From contig NC_135256.1 in the NCBI RefSeq assembly GCF_964204865.1, forward strand, positions 16,368,001 to 16,432,000: 64,000 bases of DNA, read 5' to 3'. Below the pieces are notes generated by a model. That model saw only the letters and a list, made by a program, of their open reading frames with translations, was not told the origin of the DNA and did not search any database. Shown piece by piece: positions 48,901 through 60,986 of the stretch; positions within the stretch are counted from its first letter, which is position 1, and every line of letters starts with the position of its first letter. The DNA comes from Styela clava (Eukaryota). A program made the position numbers and the translations under genes.

Positions 48901-51445
48901 AAGCAACAAACTCAGCAAGCTCGTATACATCAGCCACAGGATAGAACTTTAATCTTTCGCCTACTTTTGGCTTCTTACAGTATATTTCTAGAAGTATATT
49001 TTATCGGTAAGTGTTCGGCCACCTAGATATTTATATTGATATCGTTGTCGGTATTAAGGATTAGCAACTGGGAAGTGTTACAAAGTTTCGTAAATATGTT
49101 TAACTGCATTTAAGGATTTCAATATGAATCATTCTTAACATATTATTTTGTGGTATGATAAAAGGGTATTGTTAAATGAACAATTAGATGATAACAGATT
49201 CTCTACCGTGACAGAGTTCATTAAATATTCGATTCTCTTGGAAAAAACTCTTTACTCTTTAATGATATAATCATTCGTTGAAGTTCAAAATGAATAAAAG
49301 TTTAAAATGGTGTAATTTCACTTACTTATACATTTTGGAAGTTTGGGAGAAATCCGTCCATTTTTTTCGCATCTCGATGAAGTTGACGAAGATTGGAGTT
49401 TGTATCCCCACTCGCATGAATATTTTACTACCTCTTTATACATATACTTTGGCTTGTAATTCTCAATAACCAAATGGTCTGGTGGACTTGCGAGACCACA
49501 CGATAGCGCTACAAAACAAATGAAACACATGAGCAACCGAAAAAAAAACGATATTTTAATAATCTACATCAAAACCAAATGATATTGATATTTCAAACTT
49601 AAATACATTCAGACAAACTAAGACCACATTTTCTGTTTTTGAAGAAGGAAGTTTAGTAAATTTGCTTGAGATTAATAAGATTGAAATTGTATAAGTTGTA
49701 AAATAGTTTAATCGAATATTATAATGAAATGATTAACAATATGCACGTATGCAATGCGTTCGGTGCCATCTTACATTTTACCGGGCAACGTTATTCATTT
49801 AACATTCTTATCATATATGGGATTTATATATGTTGGAGTTATATAAAAATGCTGAAGGTTTAAATAAAGATAACTGGCATTTCGTCCAGGTGAAAAATTA
49901 CGCCATTTTGTAATTTTAAGAAGTCTTTACATTGCCTCCCCAAGATTATAAAATTCCACAAGAATAATTAAGGAATAATTTATACTAATTGTATGATTAG
50001 CAGGTGATTATTACTGATTTAAAAGTTTACTTTAATAAAAGAAATGAAGATAAATGTTGAAATTGAGTTTTTCTACTCGTTTTAAATTACTTACGAATAC
50101 ATGTTGCAATATCTCCGGGAAATTGTCCATGTTTATCACACGTGTATGTGAAGTTGTTTATTGATGGTACGAATCCATCGTCACATGTCAGAGTAACAAC
50201 GTCGCCGGGATTGTAATAATCCTTTTTCGGCGAAGGAGAAGCCCCATTCTTGGAGTCAAATGGATTCTGACACGTCTTTGAATTACTTCTTTCAACTATT
50301 TTAGTAGAACCCCCTAAAACAGTCAATAAATGTTAATTTGGAAATAATTATATTGAATTTTAAATAAATGGAAAAGAAGGAAATGGCTTTTTACAAGACA
50401 AAGGCATATTTTCAAGTCCATAACAATATACGAAATAATCATATCTTCCATTAATAAACGATTTTACTCATAGGTGAGTATCTTGTACTTTTAAGTGAGT
50501 GCTAGAAGCACCAACTCGTGTTAAGGGTGCGTCATCCACCATCTTAATTCTAGACGAATACAGTAATTTTATTGATATCACTACATTATTGCATTATCAT
50601 ATCACTGCATTATAAATATTGAAGATTTCTCTCTCGATATATCTCTGGAAAGTTTATAAAATTTGAGCTACAAATTCTGCTTGTTACAAAATCATTATGA
50701 CTTACGTTCAACACAGGTTGGAAGTATCTTCCATGTACCATCAGCTTGGCATGTTGGAATGCTACCATGCATATCAAATCCACTGTCACATCTAATACGT
50801 ATTCTTTTACCAACATTATAAACTCCGGACTCTGGTACTGCGGTCTTCACAATGCCGTTTTCGATGATTGGCGGCTCACATGGAACTATACGAGTAAAAA
50901 ATTTTTTTTTTTTTCTATTTCATTATATTTTTTTTTCCAATTTTCTATGAGATATTTCTCAATACGATTTGGGGAGAAACATAGAAAACTACAAAAATTT
51001 TTATTGGTCAAAATCAAGCTTCAAGGATCATGTGAGCATATTAGCTCACGTTATTGAACAATATAATGCTGTTAACTTTTATACTATGACATCATCATTG
51101 TTGTTTATTTAGAATTATTTCCTTGACGACGTCGTAAATACATTGCATGGTGGAATCCTATACCTATTTGCTCAACTAATTTGTTACATTCTATGAATGC
51201 TGGGATGAATAAGAACAGAATCTGAGATCGTTTACATTTATGGAATCCACAAAGTGTAATAAAAGCTACGTAGCGTACTGTATTTCAAATGTCGCATTGG
51301 TCTTCCATTCTAAGGACCAGAACCGTTTAAAATATAGCTTAACTAATTTCAAATTCAATTTTTGCTTACTCGATATTGATGCTCCCGTGGTATCTTCTAT
51401 GTTAAATCCAATCAACAAAACGCAAAATGCAAAAAGTTTATCCAT
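42963..51445 (-). CDS. Secreted protein S3: signal peptide + 9 CCP + C-terminal somatomedin B domain, ~631 aa. Exons 51445-51370, 50885-50706, 50313-50095, 49508-49326, 48987-48799, 48698-48504, 47999-47820, 47379-47197, 45724-45548, 44938-44759, 43823-43710 (SMB), 42982-42963 (tentative)
   Basis: Signal exon MDKLFAFCVLLIGFNIEDTTG; nine stop-free phase 1-1 CCP exons; SMB exon SCKERCIFEKGAECQCDYYCSFYGNCCEDHKQHC with the canonical 8-Cys spacing. Confidence 0.85.
44067..44509. mobile_element. hAT-like MITE in an S3 intron
   Basis: TIRs aggcttgtccatggga / tcccatggacaagcctg, repeated atggga subterminal motifs, imperfect 8-bp TSD tgtattag / tgtatcaa. Confidence 0.8.
45179..45406. mobile_element. 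Foldback MITE with ~55-bp terminal inverted repeats, in an S3 intron
   Basis: gtagtatgtgaaccaagatggcggagaccggaacgtagtatgtgtaccaggttag vs ctaacctggtacacgtactacgttccggtgtccgccatcttggttcacatactac (2 mismatches). Confidence 0.85.
46734..46910 (-). pseudogene. Decayed CCP exon inside an S3 intron
   Basis: CCP-sized segment between tttcag| and |gtaag reading SCAI*RVNHGSLQALYTSFQSG...*...LCKEGKWLFITCQICFD; stops in all frames. Confidence 0.5.
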
Positions 51446-52118
51446 TTTTCTTTTCGGTATAGTCAATACGTATCGTACTAAGCTATTAGTTCTTTCAACT
51501 ACTGTAACTGGAAACTGACGATGCTGGTATGGCGAAATCGTCTGATTAGATCTGGTTTTATATAACCGCAGAATTAAACACTTTGCAAAAATACCACAAA
51601 AAAATCTGGTATATCTTGTCATGAACGTAATTCGTTTGCTGGTTTATATAAAATTATGTCAGTTTAGTACTTAACTTAAACACATCAAATTGTAGTTTAT
51701 TATTTGTGCTATGATTCAAAATGAGGACAATTTGAAAATTTGTACAATCAAATTGCAGTGAAATGCAAGTAAAATAGACTTTTGCGGTGATCACCCTCCT
51801 ACGTCTAATCCGCATCGTAATGACATACCGGACTTAAAAGAAACAGATTAAGAATTGACTTCAACTTAATCGTTACCCGTGAAAAATCGAATCAGACAGC
51901 TTAAGTCATTGTCGACGTTGTTATTTCTTTTTTAGTGTGTTTAATAGAATTCAGTATTTAATTGAAGCAGTTTGATATCAGGTTTCTTTATTTCCTTTCC
52001 AATTATATCTTCGTATTTCTATTTTGAAATATATTTAATATGAATCATATCATATGTTAACAAGAATATATCTGGGATATTTCATAGAATTCAATAATAT
52101 AGAAGCTGTTCTACTATT

Positions 52119-52328
52119 AATTGACTAATCATTTATAATTTTTGTTAGTCACTGGTTACTATAAATGTTCTTTGGGCTAATATTGTCTTTTCTTACTAAA
52201 TAATTTTTTTAGGAATCTAATTATATATAACCTGTTTCTAATAATAATTGACTAACTATTTATAATCTTTCTCAGTTATTGATTACCATTATTGTAGTTT
52301 GAGCTAATATTGTCCTTTTGTTACTAAA
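52119..52328. repeat. Diverged direct repeat (~82 bp x2)
   Basis: aattgactaa...tttataat...gctaatattgtc...ttactaaa occurs at ~52119-52200 and ~52246-52328. Confidence 0.65.
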
Positions 52329-53223
52329 CTTGGACCAATGCCAGCCACGCTTAACGACGTTAAGTTAACGTAGTTCTTCTGGGTTAGTATCCCGCTTTAA
52401 ACAGGAACTTCATATTTGAAAACACAATAACAAGTAGATAGTAGAAACGGCAAGTATTTAGGATAGGACCTACACACTAAATAATATATATATAGATGTG
52501 CCTGAATTAAAAGTATACATAACAACTCAATCTTAATCTGCGTCCAAACATATACGCCAGACACTCCTTATCGTCTTTTTGTACATCGTTTATGACATTC
52601 CCCAATTTATTTCTCCGTTTTATTGCATACGCAATTAAGCATATTCTTTACAAAATTAGATACCTCGTTTCGCTACAAATCAGATTTTTCCGGAATTTGA
52701 AGTGGCAATTAGGTATTTATATCTATTATTAGATACGCAAACACGTATTTCGCATTGTAAAAAATTGAAAAGAAATCACGTATTCACAGTTTGAGGTAAT
52801 CTGTGATTATCCGCATTAAAAATTATGTTTCGCGCAATTTACGAGTTCAAGTTATTCCTGTCGGCTAGGTATTTTAATATGATGTTATGTTATACGAACT
52901 TGAGCCTGATAAAGTGTTCAAGCTTTGAAAAAATCAAACAGTTAGGCATAGCGTTTGGTATATTGTTCCAATCGATTTTTGAATGATCTCATCAGTGCAT
53001 AATATTCGCGTTGCTTCATAAAAAACAGGTTAGGTTTTCAGGACTATGCATAAAGAAATCCTTGCTCTGTCCACTCCTTTAGCAACATAAGTAAGTTTCT
53101 TGTTCTCGAATATCAATAATTTTAATATTTGCTGTCGATACGTTTGATCAAGCATCCCTATTAAATATAATGGCTGATTATTAACTTAGCAATATACAAT
53201 TTTATATATTATATTGTCTAACA

Positions 53224-53838
53224 CAGTGGTTCTCAACCTTTTACTAACCGCGTGCCACTTTACTGTTTTTTACTCTGGCCGCGTACCACTGAAAAAGCCC
53301 CCCTTTTTGGCGCGGGGAACAATGGCACAAGACACGCGCTATGGGAGTATTTTATAATGTGGCACTACATCCTTTCCTTAGTGACCTAATTCGCAAGGCG
53401 GACGAAAACATGCCTATCTCGATTCGTTCGTGGACCATAGCAGGCGGGGTCGATCTCTAAAGACTGGACTGGCCCATAAGACGTTTCTCCGACCCTTGAC
53501 CCAAGAGAAATTCTTCCTATACTTTCCTTTTGCAAACAATTTTAAATTTAAATTTTTTTAATTCATATTTTTTTTAAACGCAACTGAAAACTGACAAATA
53601 ACACACAAGACTACAAAAACGAAGCAATGTTTACTGATTGTTGCTGGATACGGAAGTAAACAAGGAAATTGATGCCCGGGGAAACATTCATAAAGGCCGT
53701 TCAGCGAATACATATAGTATGGAAGATAAATCGTTGTCGGCATATTTTGGCCAACTCAAAAGTTAATTGTTGCAATAAATTAAAGCTGCTCGCGTACGAC
53801 TTGATCATCTTCCGCGTACCACAGGTTGAGAACCACTG
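53224..53838. mobile_element. hAT-type MITE
   Basis: TIRs cagtggttctcaacct / aggttgagaaccactg; exact 8-bp TSD gtctaaca on both sides. Confidence 0.93.
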
Positions 53839-54814
53839 GTCTAACATAAGGTAAACAAATTAACGATACTGTTTGTTGAAATAGGTTTGGATTTCATAGA
53901 ACACTTACCCAATTGAAAATTAATTGTTCCAGATTAATTTACCATTTTCAGTATATTTATCTATGGAATATCTTGAAACCTTTCGAGAATCATTGTGTAA
54001 AATTATGGTTTCGTAGAGAATAGTAATTAAAATGACGTATATATGTCATTATCGCAACCCAAATTGTCAATATATTTTCATTTGTAATTACAAACTTGTA
54101 ATTATTGATCTAATTATTCGAACGAATAAAAAGTGAAAGAATGGCAAAAGGTCATATGGCGAAATTAACTGCCAGTTTTGGTCATTTCACTGTCGATATG
54201 TAACAAATAAATAGAAATAGGCCGGATTTTGAAGCAATGTTGCAAATGATGGTGGCACTTCTTCCACCAATCAAAGGTATTAACGACATTGCAACATTGT
54301 TTTCCTTCTCTTAATTGATAGTATATTAGTATAGATTATCAACGTATCAACAAATAAGTAGCCTCGAACAGAAAACAATTTAATGGAATTCAATCAAACG
54401 CTTCATAATTGAAATATCATTTTCCTCTACTTTTCGCCAGAAAATTTAATTGCAAAATACAAGCGCGCTGTATCCCGAAGAAATTCTTCAGACGACTAGG
54501 TCTACTTTCTGGATTGTAGTTTTATTTTGGGGTTTCATAACTGACATATGGACTCAGTTCACACAATGTTCTCATGAAGGGTGAGGTCTTAAACATATCT
54601 GAAGTTAAAATTTGAAATACATGCCTAAAATGTTAAAAATAAAACAAAAACACGATCCGAAGTCATCAATTTCATAATAGACCATTTGAAACAATCATCT
54701 ATTCTAAATCCACCTAAAGTATTACTTATTCTTACAATGAATATCATATAATATTTCAAAGTGAAACCCTACCTGAGCTCTAAGTAGACAAATCTGATTA
54801 TGGCAAAGGTTTAA

Positions 54815-55170
54815 AACTCAAAGTTCTATGTATTGAATTTGTTAAATTATGTACAGTTTTCGATCAATAACATCGACAGTGTGGAAGTTATTGGCACTCT
54901 AATTCATCATTTGTAATATGTTGAGAAAAAGGGTGTGATGGATAATTGTATCGATTAATTTATACGTATATGCTATTTTCTAATATGTCCGTCTTGCATC
55001 AACACTTTTCTACGAACTGTGACCAAGAGCTCACGGAGTCTACGCGGTACAGTCTACAATTTATGCGTAACCTTGACATGGGCAAAGGACGGTTTTATCT
55101 ACGATAACTACTATTCATTCTGAATAACTACTAAAAACAAGTCATTCGTCGGGAGTATTCAAACCATCAA
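54815..55170. repeat. Local repeat copy 1 (related to ~59350-59680 and ~60610-60815)
   Basis: Shared blocks catcgacagtgt(g/a)gaagttattggca.tctaattcatcatt, tgtatcgattaatt, aatatgtccgtctt, atctacgataactactattcattctgaat, cattcgtcgggagtattcaa. Confidence 0.8.
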
Positions 55171-55730
55171 ACGGTCAAGTAACATACTTAAATTCTCCAC
55201 ATCCTGCTACGTTTCAGAGTCTCAACTTTTTCATGAGACCACTGTCATATAGGAATTAATCTATTCATGTTGCTTTTCTTGACAATTTTATCATGGAACA
55301 AGTCACTCTGAAATAGTTATTGCCGTCATTTTCAGGTAACGAAAGGAACGTTGTCATCTATCAAGTTTTCTAGAGAACGTAGGTGTAAAACAGAAATACT
55401 GCTTTAAAAAATATTATAAAAATTGCTACGATTAACAGAAATACACGACCCGATAGCAAAGAGAACAGCAAAAAATCAAATAACCGCACAACCACAATGA
55501 TGTAAGAAAGTAATGAAGACTTGGAGGATTAGGAGATTAAATCCAAGTAATCAATGAGGGAATTTGTGGATGGAAGGTTGTTCGGAACGATGAGGTGAGG
55601 AAAAGAATTAAAGCATATTGTTGCTGACGAAAGTTTGTTTCATACGTTTTGAAGATATTATTTAAATTCGATATTTCAAAGGTACAAATGAATTTTCTAA
55701 ATTCAAGATTGAGGTTTATTGCGATGGTTT

Positions 55731-55865
55731 TTAAATGTAGCTCACTGAATAAACACAGATAGAACTGTACTTAAAACAGAATTTATTTTTTGGTCGCTTT
55801 GGTTTTGCACATTCAGTCACTATAATCGCCGTAAGCACAAACATTACCAAAATCAACTTCTTCAT
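55731..55865 (-). CDS. Candidate small secreted peptide (signal peptide + cationic Cys-containing segment); may splice at 55746
   Basis: MKKLILVMFVLTAIIVTEC-AKPKRPKNKFCFKYSSICVYS(VSYI*); TATAAAT at 55936-55930; A at -3 of the ATG; possible donor TCA|GTGAGC. Confidence 0.5.
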   Translation of the reverse strand: MKKLILVMFVLTAIIVTECAKPKRPKNKFCFKYSSICVYSVSYI

Positions 55866-57069
55866 TATGCTCTGTCGTTTTCTTGTCAAGAGATGTTCCA
55901 AATATTTGAATATTTTGATTCCATGCTACATTTATAACAATACACTGTCGACGAATGTCAGTTTTACTAAAATTCCACAATGATTTAGCGAAAGTAGTCA
56001 AAAGAAGAAAGAATGGGTATGAAATTTCGATTTGACGACTTGAAAGTTTGCAACACGCATTTCCCGTTTGTAATTCGAGAAAGAGCAAACGAGAATTAAG
56101 CATTGTTGGCGAATATCGCGTGTCTAAACTGACAAAGGATCCTACAATAAGTTCCGCAGTATGCGAAAGTCATTGTCTCGCTCCAAATGCAGTGTTATAA
56201 ATTTTACTCGCAATGGTAGCAGTGGCATTAAAATGCCCAATTTGTTCTAATTCTAAGCAAGCGAAGAATCGCGTTTGGAGAAAATTGTAAATTATATACT
56301 AAAGTTTGAGCTGTTTGGATAATACTTGGCAAGGTTTCTTGAAGAATTTTCAATATTTACGAATAAAAATCTGAATCGTATGATTTAAATAAATCTTAAA
56401 TACATAATGAAACATTTACTCTGGGTTAGTGCTGTACAAAATCCGGTTGCCGGATTTAAATGACTATAAGAAACGATAAGGGGAGTTTTGCCTGAATTTT
56501 TCTTGTTCTAACCTATTTAATACAAAAAACAAGTACAACCGCCATTTTGAACAAACCAGGCAAAAAAACATGTTTTAAAACAAATCTTTTTGGACAAATC
56601 CGTACTTTTTGGGGAGAGCGTTAAAGAAACTACGAATTTTATATAGTGACGTCGTCATAAATTTCCGATGTTCTTGATTAATACTTCATGAAAGTTACAA
56701 TGAAGGTAGATTGGTTTCTGTCGGTCGGAAACCATTTTCGACAACATTCAGTCGTTTGCTCTTCGTTGCAGTAATTAAGTTATGGTGTTCTCTGGGCTTC
56801 ATCGTATATATACTATATATACATATATATATATTATTGGTTCTTCCGTTACCTAAATTCATGTTTTACTTTTTTGTGGACTGTATTTCGTGGACATTTT
56901 TTAAAAAAGACTCAATGATTTTCTCATGAAATCGCACCTTACATCATATTTGATTAGTACGCACGTTTCAATCCGTCTCATAAAAAAAGATTTGAATAAA
57001 TTAAAAACTAGTAAAGTTCAGTACAATTTTACATTACTATTGAAAAGTCCCCGTCTCATTCGGGACCAC

Positions 57070-57353
57070 TTATTACTTATCGACCTCGATCGGTAAGTAT
57101 GTTGATAGGTATTTGTCTGTTTGTTTGTTTGTCTGTCGATATTTTACGAAAGCGAGGTTGAATCCACAATTGCATGTGCATTCATCATATCTCGGATCAG
57201 AAGCCTATTGATTTTGGATAAATTATATCGTACAATTAGCGAGTTATTACGGTAAATAATTAGTGATGGAACACGCGGTGTCGCTATTGAGTCAGAGCGA
57301 AGGATACACTCCGCTAGATCGATAAGTCGACGGTCTCCGATCGCTATCTCGTT
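57070..57353 (+). mobile_element. DINE-1/Helentron-like non-autonomous element
   Basis: Subterminal inverted repeats acttatcga (57075-57083) / tcgataagt (57319-57327), (gtct/gttt)n microsatellite near the 5' end, 3' hairpin cggtctccgatcg, ends in TT. Confidence 0.6.
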
Positions 57354-58079
57354 ATCATGAGTTTATCGCGTTGTTATTATTTAATAATTTCTCTGTGGTC
57401 GTGTGTGTGCGCCTGTGTAATAATTTTAGGTAAGTGAACACGTACCACTTCTTCTTGGCAATACGTACATTTTATATTCTTTACGTTTTTGTCAATCATT
57501 TCATTGCCAGTTATGCTGATTATGGAGTCGAAATAAACTTATATAAAACTTGCAATTGCCTCTCTTGTTATTGTTGAACTATGTATGTCTGACCTTGGCC
57601 AGACGAAACGTTACAGAAATATATTTGTATTAGTGTGCAGCAAGACTTTTCGTTTTTTAAGAGTTTTTGCTGCATTATGTTTCAAGACTACAGTACTATA
57701 AACTTTAATGGACGCACAATATACATACACAGTAGTGTACGGAACAATTTTAGTGTGTAACACAACAGAGCAAAGCTCCATATGTCCAAAACCTCCGATA
57801 TTGTATTTGTGGATTTGAGAATACCAAATCTATATGAATAGATCAGAATATTTTTACAACTATGATAATCACTAGACTGCATCCTGCACAAGATGCAAGA
57901 ATCCATTCTTGCAAAAATATGTCAGCAAAGCAACCATACACATTTAATAAGTAAAACTACCCAAGCAATATAGACTGACATCCCCCCTATTACGCAGAAG
58001 CAAAAGAGGTAAAACCAATAGTGTATAATAATAAAAATGATATATCACAGACATAAGCAAATAAACACGATTCTAATTC

Positions 58080-58150
58080 AAAATTTCATTAGGTTCGAGC
58101 TACCACTGCATGCAAGACATGTTTTCATGATAACTGTCATGAAGAAAGTA
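58080..58150 (-). promoter_or_regulatory. Predicted SECIS element (form 2) in the selenoprotein W 3' UTR
   Basis: Minus strand ATGAC-agttatcatg-AAAA-catg tcttg catg-cagtggtagct-CGAA: AUGA, 11 nt, AA, ~27 nt, GA. Helix II pairs with G-U wobbles, plus an apical mini-stem. Confidence 0.7.
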
Positions 58151-58447
58151 AAAATCAGATCCAATATTCTATTACATATAGTCTAGATCTAGATACACAG
58201 CATATGAAATCAGTAAGCAAAAGCCAAGTCTGCCACAAAAATGCATTGCCAGGAATATGTTACAAATAACCTGTTGAACTGTAAAACAAGTAGAAATTTG
58301 ATAACAGCACAAAAAGCAGATAAATCAAAAGTTTGAAGAATCATGTCAATCAACAGATGCTTATGTTTAAATATTAATAGTTGCGCTAAATATTGTCCAT
58401 GAAATTTATCAAATTTCTTGTTACGGGAATAAACGATAAACCAAAAT

Positions 58448-58708
58448 TTATTTTTTCCTCTCGCAATCGATTGCATCAAGAATCTTGTTGAGCTTGTTGT
58501 CATCATCAACATATCCATCACCATTCTTTTTCGAGTGGATTACTTTATCATTGACGTTGACTTCAAAACATCCTGAAATTCCTGGAGCAGATTCTCCAAA
58601 AATTTCAACATCAGTCCCAAATTCTTGTTCTATTTGAATTTTGAGACTACTGTATCTGGATTCATACCCTCATGCACCACAATAAATAACATGTATTTTT
58701 ACAGTCAT
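58448..58708 (-). CDS. SELENOW: Selenoprotein W, 86 aa, Sec (UGA) at codon 13 (58670-58672); intronless CDS
   Basis: MTVKIHVIYCGAUGYESRYSSLKIQIEQEFGTDVEIFGESAPGISGCFEVNVNDKVIHSKKNGDGYVDDDNKLNKILDAIDCERKK* carries the YCGAUGY, GxFEV and IHSKKxGDGYVD signatures of SelW; SECIS lies downstream. Confidence 0.95.
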
Positions 58709-59959
58709 TTTTACTCTGATATGTCTTACTAGGGTTATTTGTAATTATAATAGATATAATACTGAATCAAAATATAACATATACAAAAAAGAAAAAAAAG
58801 TTAGACGAGAGCTCAAATCGTGACAACTTTAGGATACAATTGAACATTTATAAATTTATTCACCGCAGTGCTGGAATGCTAATGCTGTTTTGACTTTGAA
58901 GAAGTTACATAGTAGTAGAATACCAGAATTGGGGAACACCGGTACCGCACCCTCATTCGAACCTGTTAAGTGCTAACACTGTGACGATTAAGTGCCAGTG
59001 TTGCTATTCTTTCATTCTTGTCTTTTAAATTAAGCGAAGATAAACAAGCTTAAAATTAAATTGCAGACTACTTTACTAAAGCCACATAGACGAAGGTACT
59101 TCAGTACAGTATGTTCGTTATCATAAACTGTTCGTTTTCTACTTTTCCTGAAAAATTCAATCGCGAGGCAAAAAAAACTTTTAAAAAAACCTTAAACTGG
59201 AACCAGTTTCAAAATTATTCCTCTCTGAAGACCCGAAAAATTGAATTTCACAGTAGAAAATTTAAATCATTCATATAATACCACATATAGTATTACATAT
59301 TCTCACAACAAATATCATGTCTAGCTCAAAGTAAAAAATCTTAATATGATAACAGTTTGAACTCCAGGCATTGAATTTGTCAAATTGTGTACAACTTTTG
59401 ATCAATATCATCGACAGTGTAGAAGTTATTGGCATTCTAATTCATCATTAGTAATAGGTGGGAAAATAGATGTGATGAATGACTGTATCGATTAATTATA
59501 CCCATGTGCTATTATTCAATATGTCCGTCTTGCATCAAGACTTTACTATACGAACTGCGATCAAGAGTCCACAATTTATGCGTAACCTTAACATTGCCAA
59601 AGGAAGGTTTCATCTACGATAACTACTATTCATTCTGAATATCTAATAAACTAACTCATTCGTCGGGAGTATTCAACCTATACTTGAACATGAGTGAAAA
59701 TAGAAAAGCTAACAAATCAATCGTTCTAACTAACTATTAACATAAGCTTGGAAGAATATATGATATTTATATATATATAATATTTTTAACCAACCTTCTT
59801 TTGAGAGCAGTATTAGTTGAAATTCGTTTAGGTCTGTTGATGATAATCAAAACTAGTACATATCCGTACAATGTGTTAAACATTATGGATGGATGCGTTA
59901 TTCAGATATAATACATTCACCCAATCCCCTATTTAATATTTGATTTAAATATGATATAA

Positions 59960-60039
59960 TTCGTCTGCACTGGAGAGTGTTTAATAGGGCCTATTAAACT
60001 CTCTCCAGTGCCTATTAAACACTCTCCAGTGCAGACGAA
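59960..60039. repeat. Perfect 29-bp inverted repeat whose loop duplicates most of one arm
   Basis: ttcgtctgcactggagagtgtttaatagg (59960-59988) / cctattaaacactctccagtgcagacgaa (60011-60039); the spacer is g+cctattaaactctctccagtg. Confidence 0.9.
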
Positions 60040-60131
60040 CATATTATCGAATATTTGAACTTCTAATACATGGGAACTATCATGTAATAATAGGTCAAGT
60101 TAAACTTACGATATTTTTATCTTATTTAACC

Positions 60132-60527
60132 CAGGGATAGGCAAATTACGGCCCGCGGGCCGGATCCGGCCCACTGAAGTGTTTCATCCGGCCCACTTGT
60201 GCCTGCTGAAATTAAGACTATATATAGTTTTTATGGATAGAAATTTCTGGCGTAAATATCGAATTGAAAATAAGAAATCATCGGCTAAAATAAATACCGT
60301 AATACATCACGCATTATCCGCACTTGAACATAAGCAATACGAGCCACGCCCACATATATCTCAAACTCACTTATCCGAATTATTCGAATCGAAAATTCCC
60401 ATGCAACGGCTACTAAAACAGGCACCACTCCTTAAAATAAACTTTTCAAGCGGATTATGATTTTTTTGTTGCGTAGAATATTCGAACTATGGCCTATACG
60501 AGATTTTGAAATATTTTCCATCTTATT
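60132..60527. mobile_element. Truncated hAT-type element (left end only)
   Basis: Starts cagggataggcaaattacggcccgcgggccggatccggccc, the same style as the 30485 element; no right TIR seen. Confidence 0.55.
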
Positions 60528-60986
60528 TTAAATCATTCATATAATACCACATATAGTATTACTTATTCTCACAACGAATATCATGTCCAGCTCAAAGTAA
60601 AAAAATCTGAATATGATAACAGTCTGAACTGCATGCCTTTTATTTGCTAAATTGTAAACAGCTTTTGATCAATATCATCGACAGTGTGGAAGTTATTGGC
60701 ATTCTAATTCATCATTAGTAATAAATGGGAAAATGGGTGTGATGAATGACTGTATCGATTAATTATAACCATGTGCTATTACTCAATATGTCCGTCTTTC
60801 ATCAACACCTTACTATATGGTTTGGAAGAATATAGGATACTTATATATATATAATATTTTAAACAACCTTCTTTTGAGAGCAGTATTATTTGAAATTCGT
60901 TTAGGTCTGTTGATGATAATCAAAACTAGTACATATCCGCACAATGTGTTAAATATTATCATAACCAATCATTGCTGTGCTGTAGA

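Larger units (their letters stand above)
59263..60960. repeat. Tandem duplication upstream of SelW (copy ~59263-59885 and a shorter copy ~60528-60960)
   Basis: aaatcattcatataataccacatatagtattac and aaccttcttttgagagcagtatta...ttaggtctgttgatgataatcaaaactagtacatatccg occur in both copies; copy 2 lacks an internal ~200 bp. Confidence 0.85.

Noticed and set aside
57830-57960. Second SECIS candidate further downstream of SelW
   Set aside because: GTGA...AAA...TGAT motifs are present, but helix II does not pair convincingly.
58210-58524. 104-aa minus-strand ORF in the track
   Set aside because: Out-of-frame overlap with the SelW C-terminus and 3' UTR; no recognisable motif.
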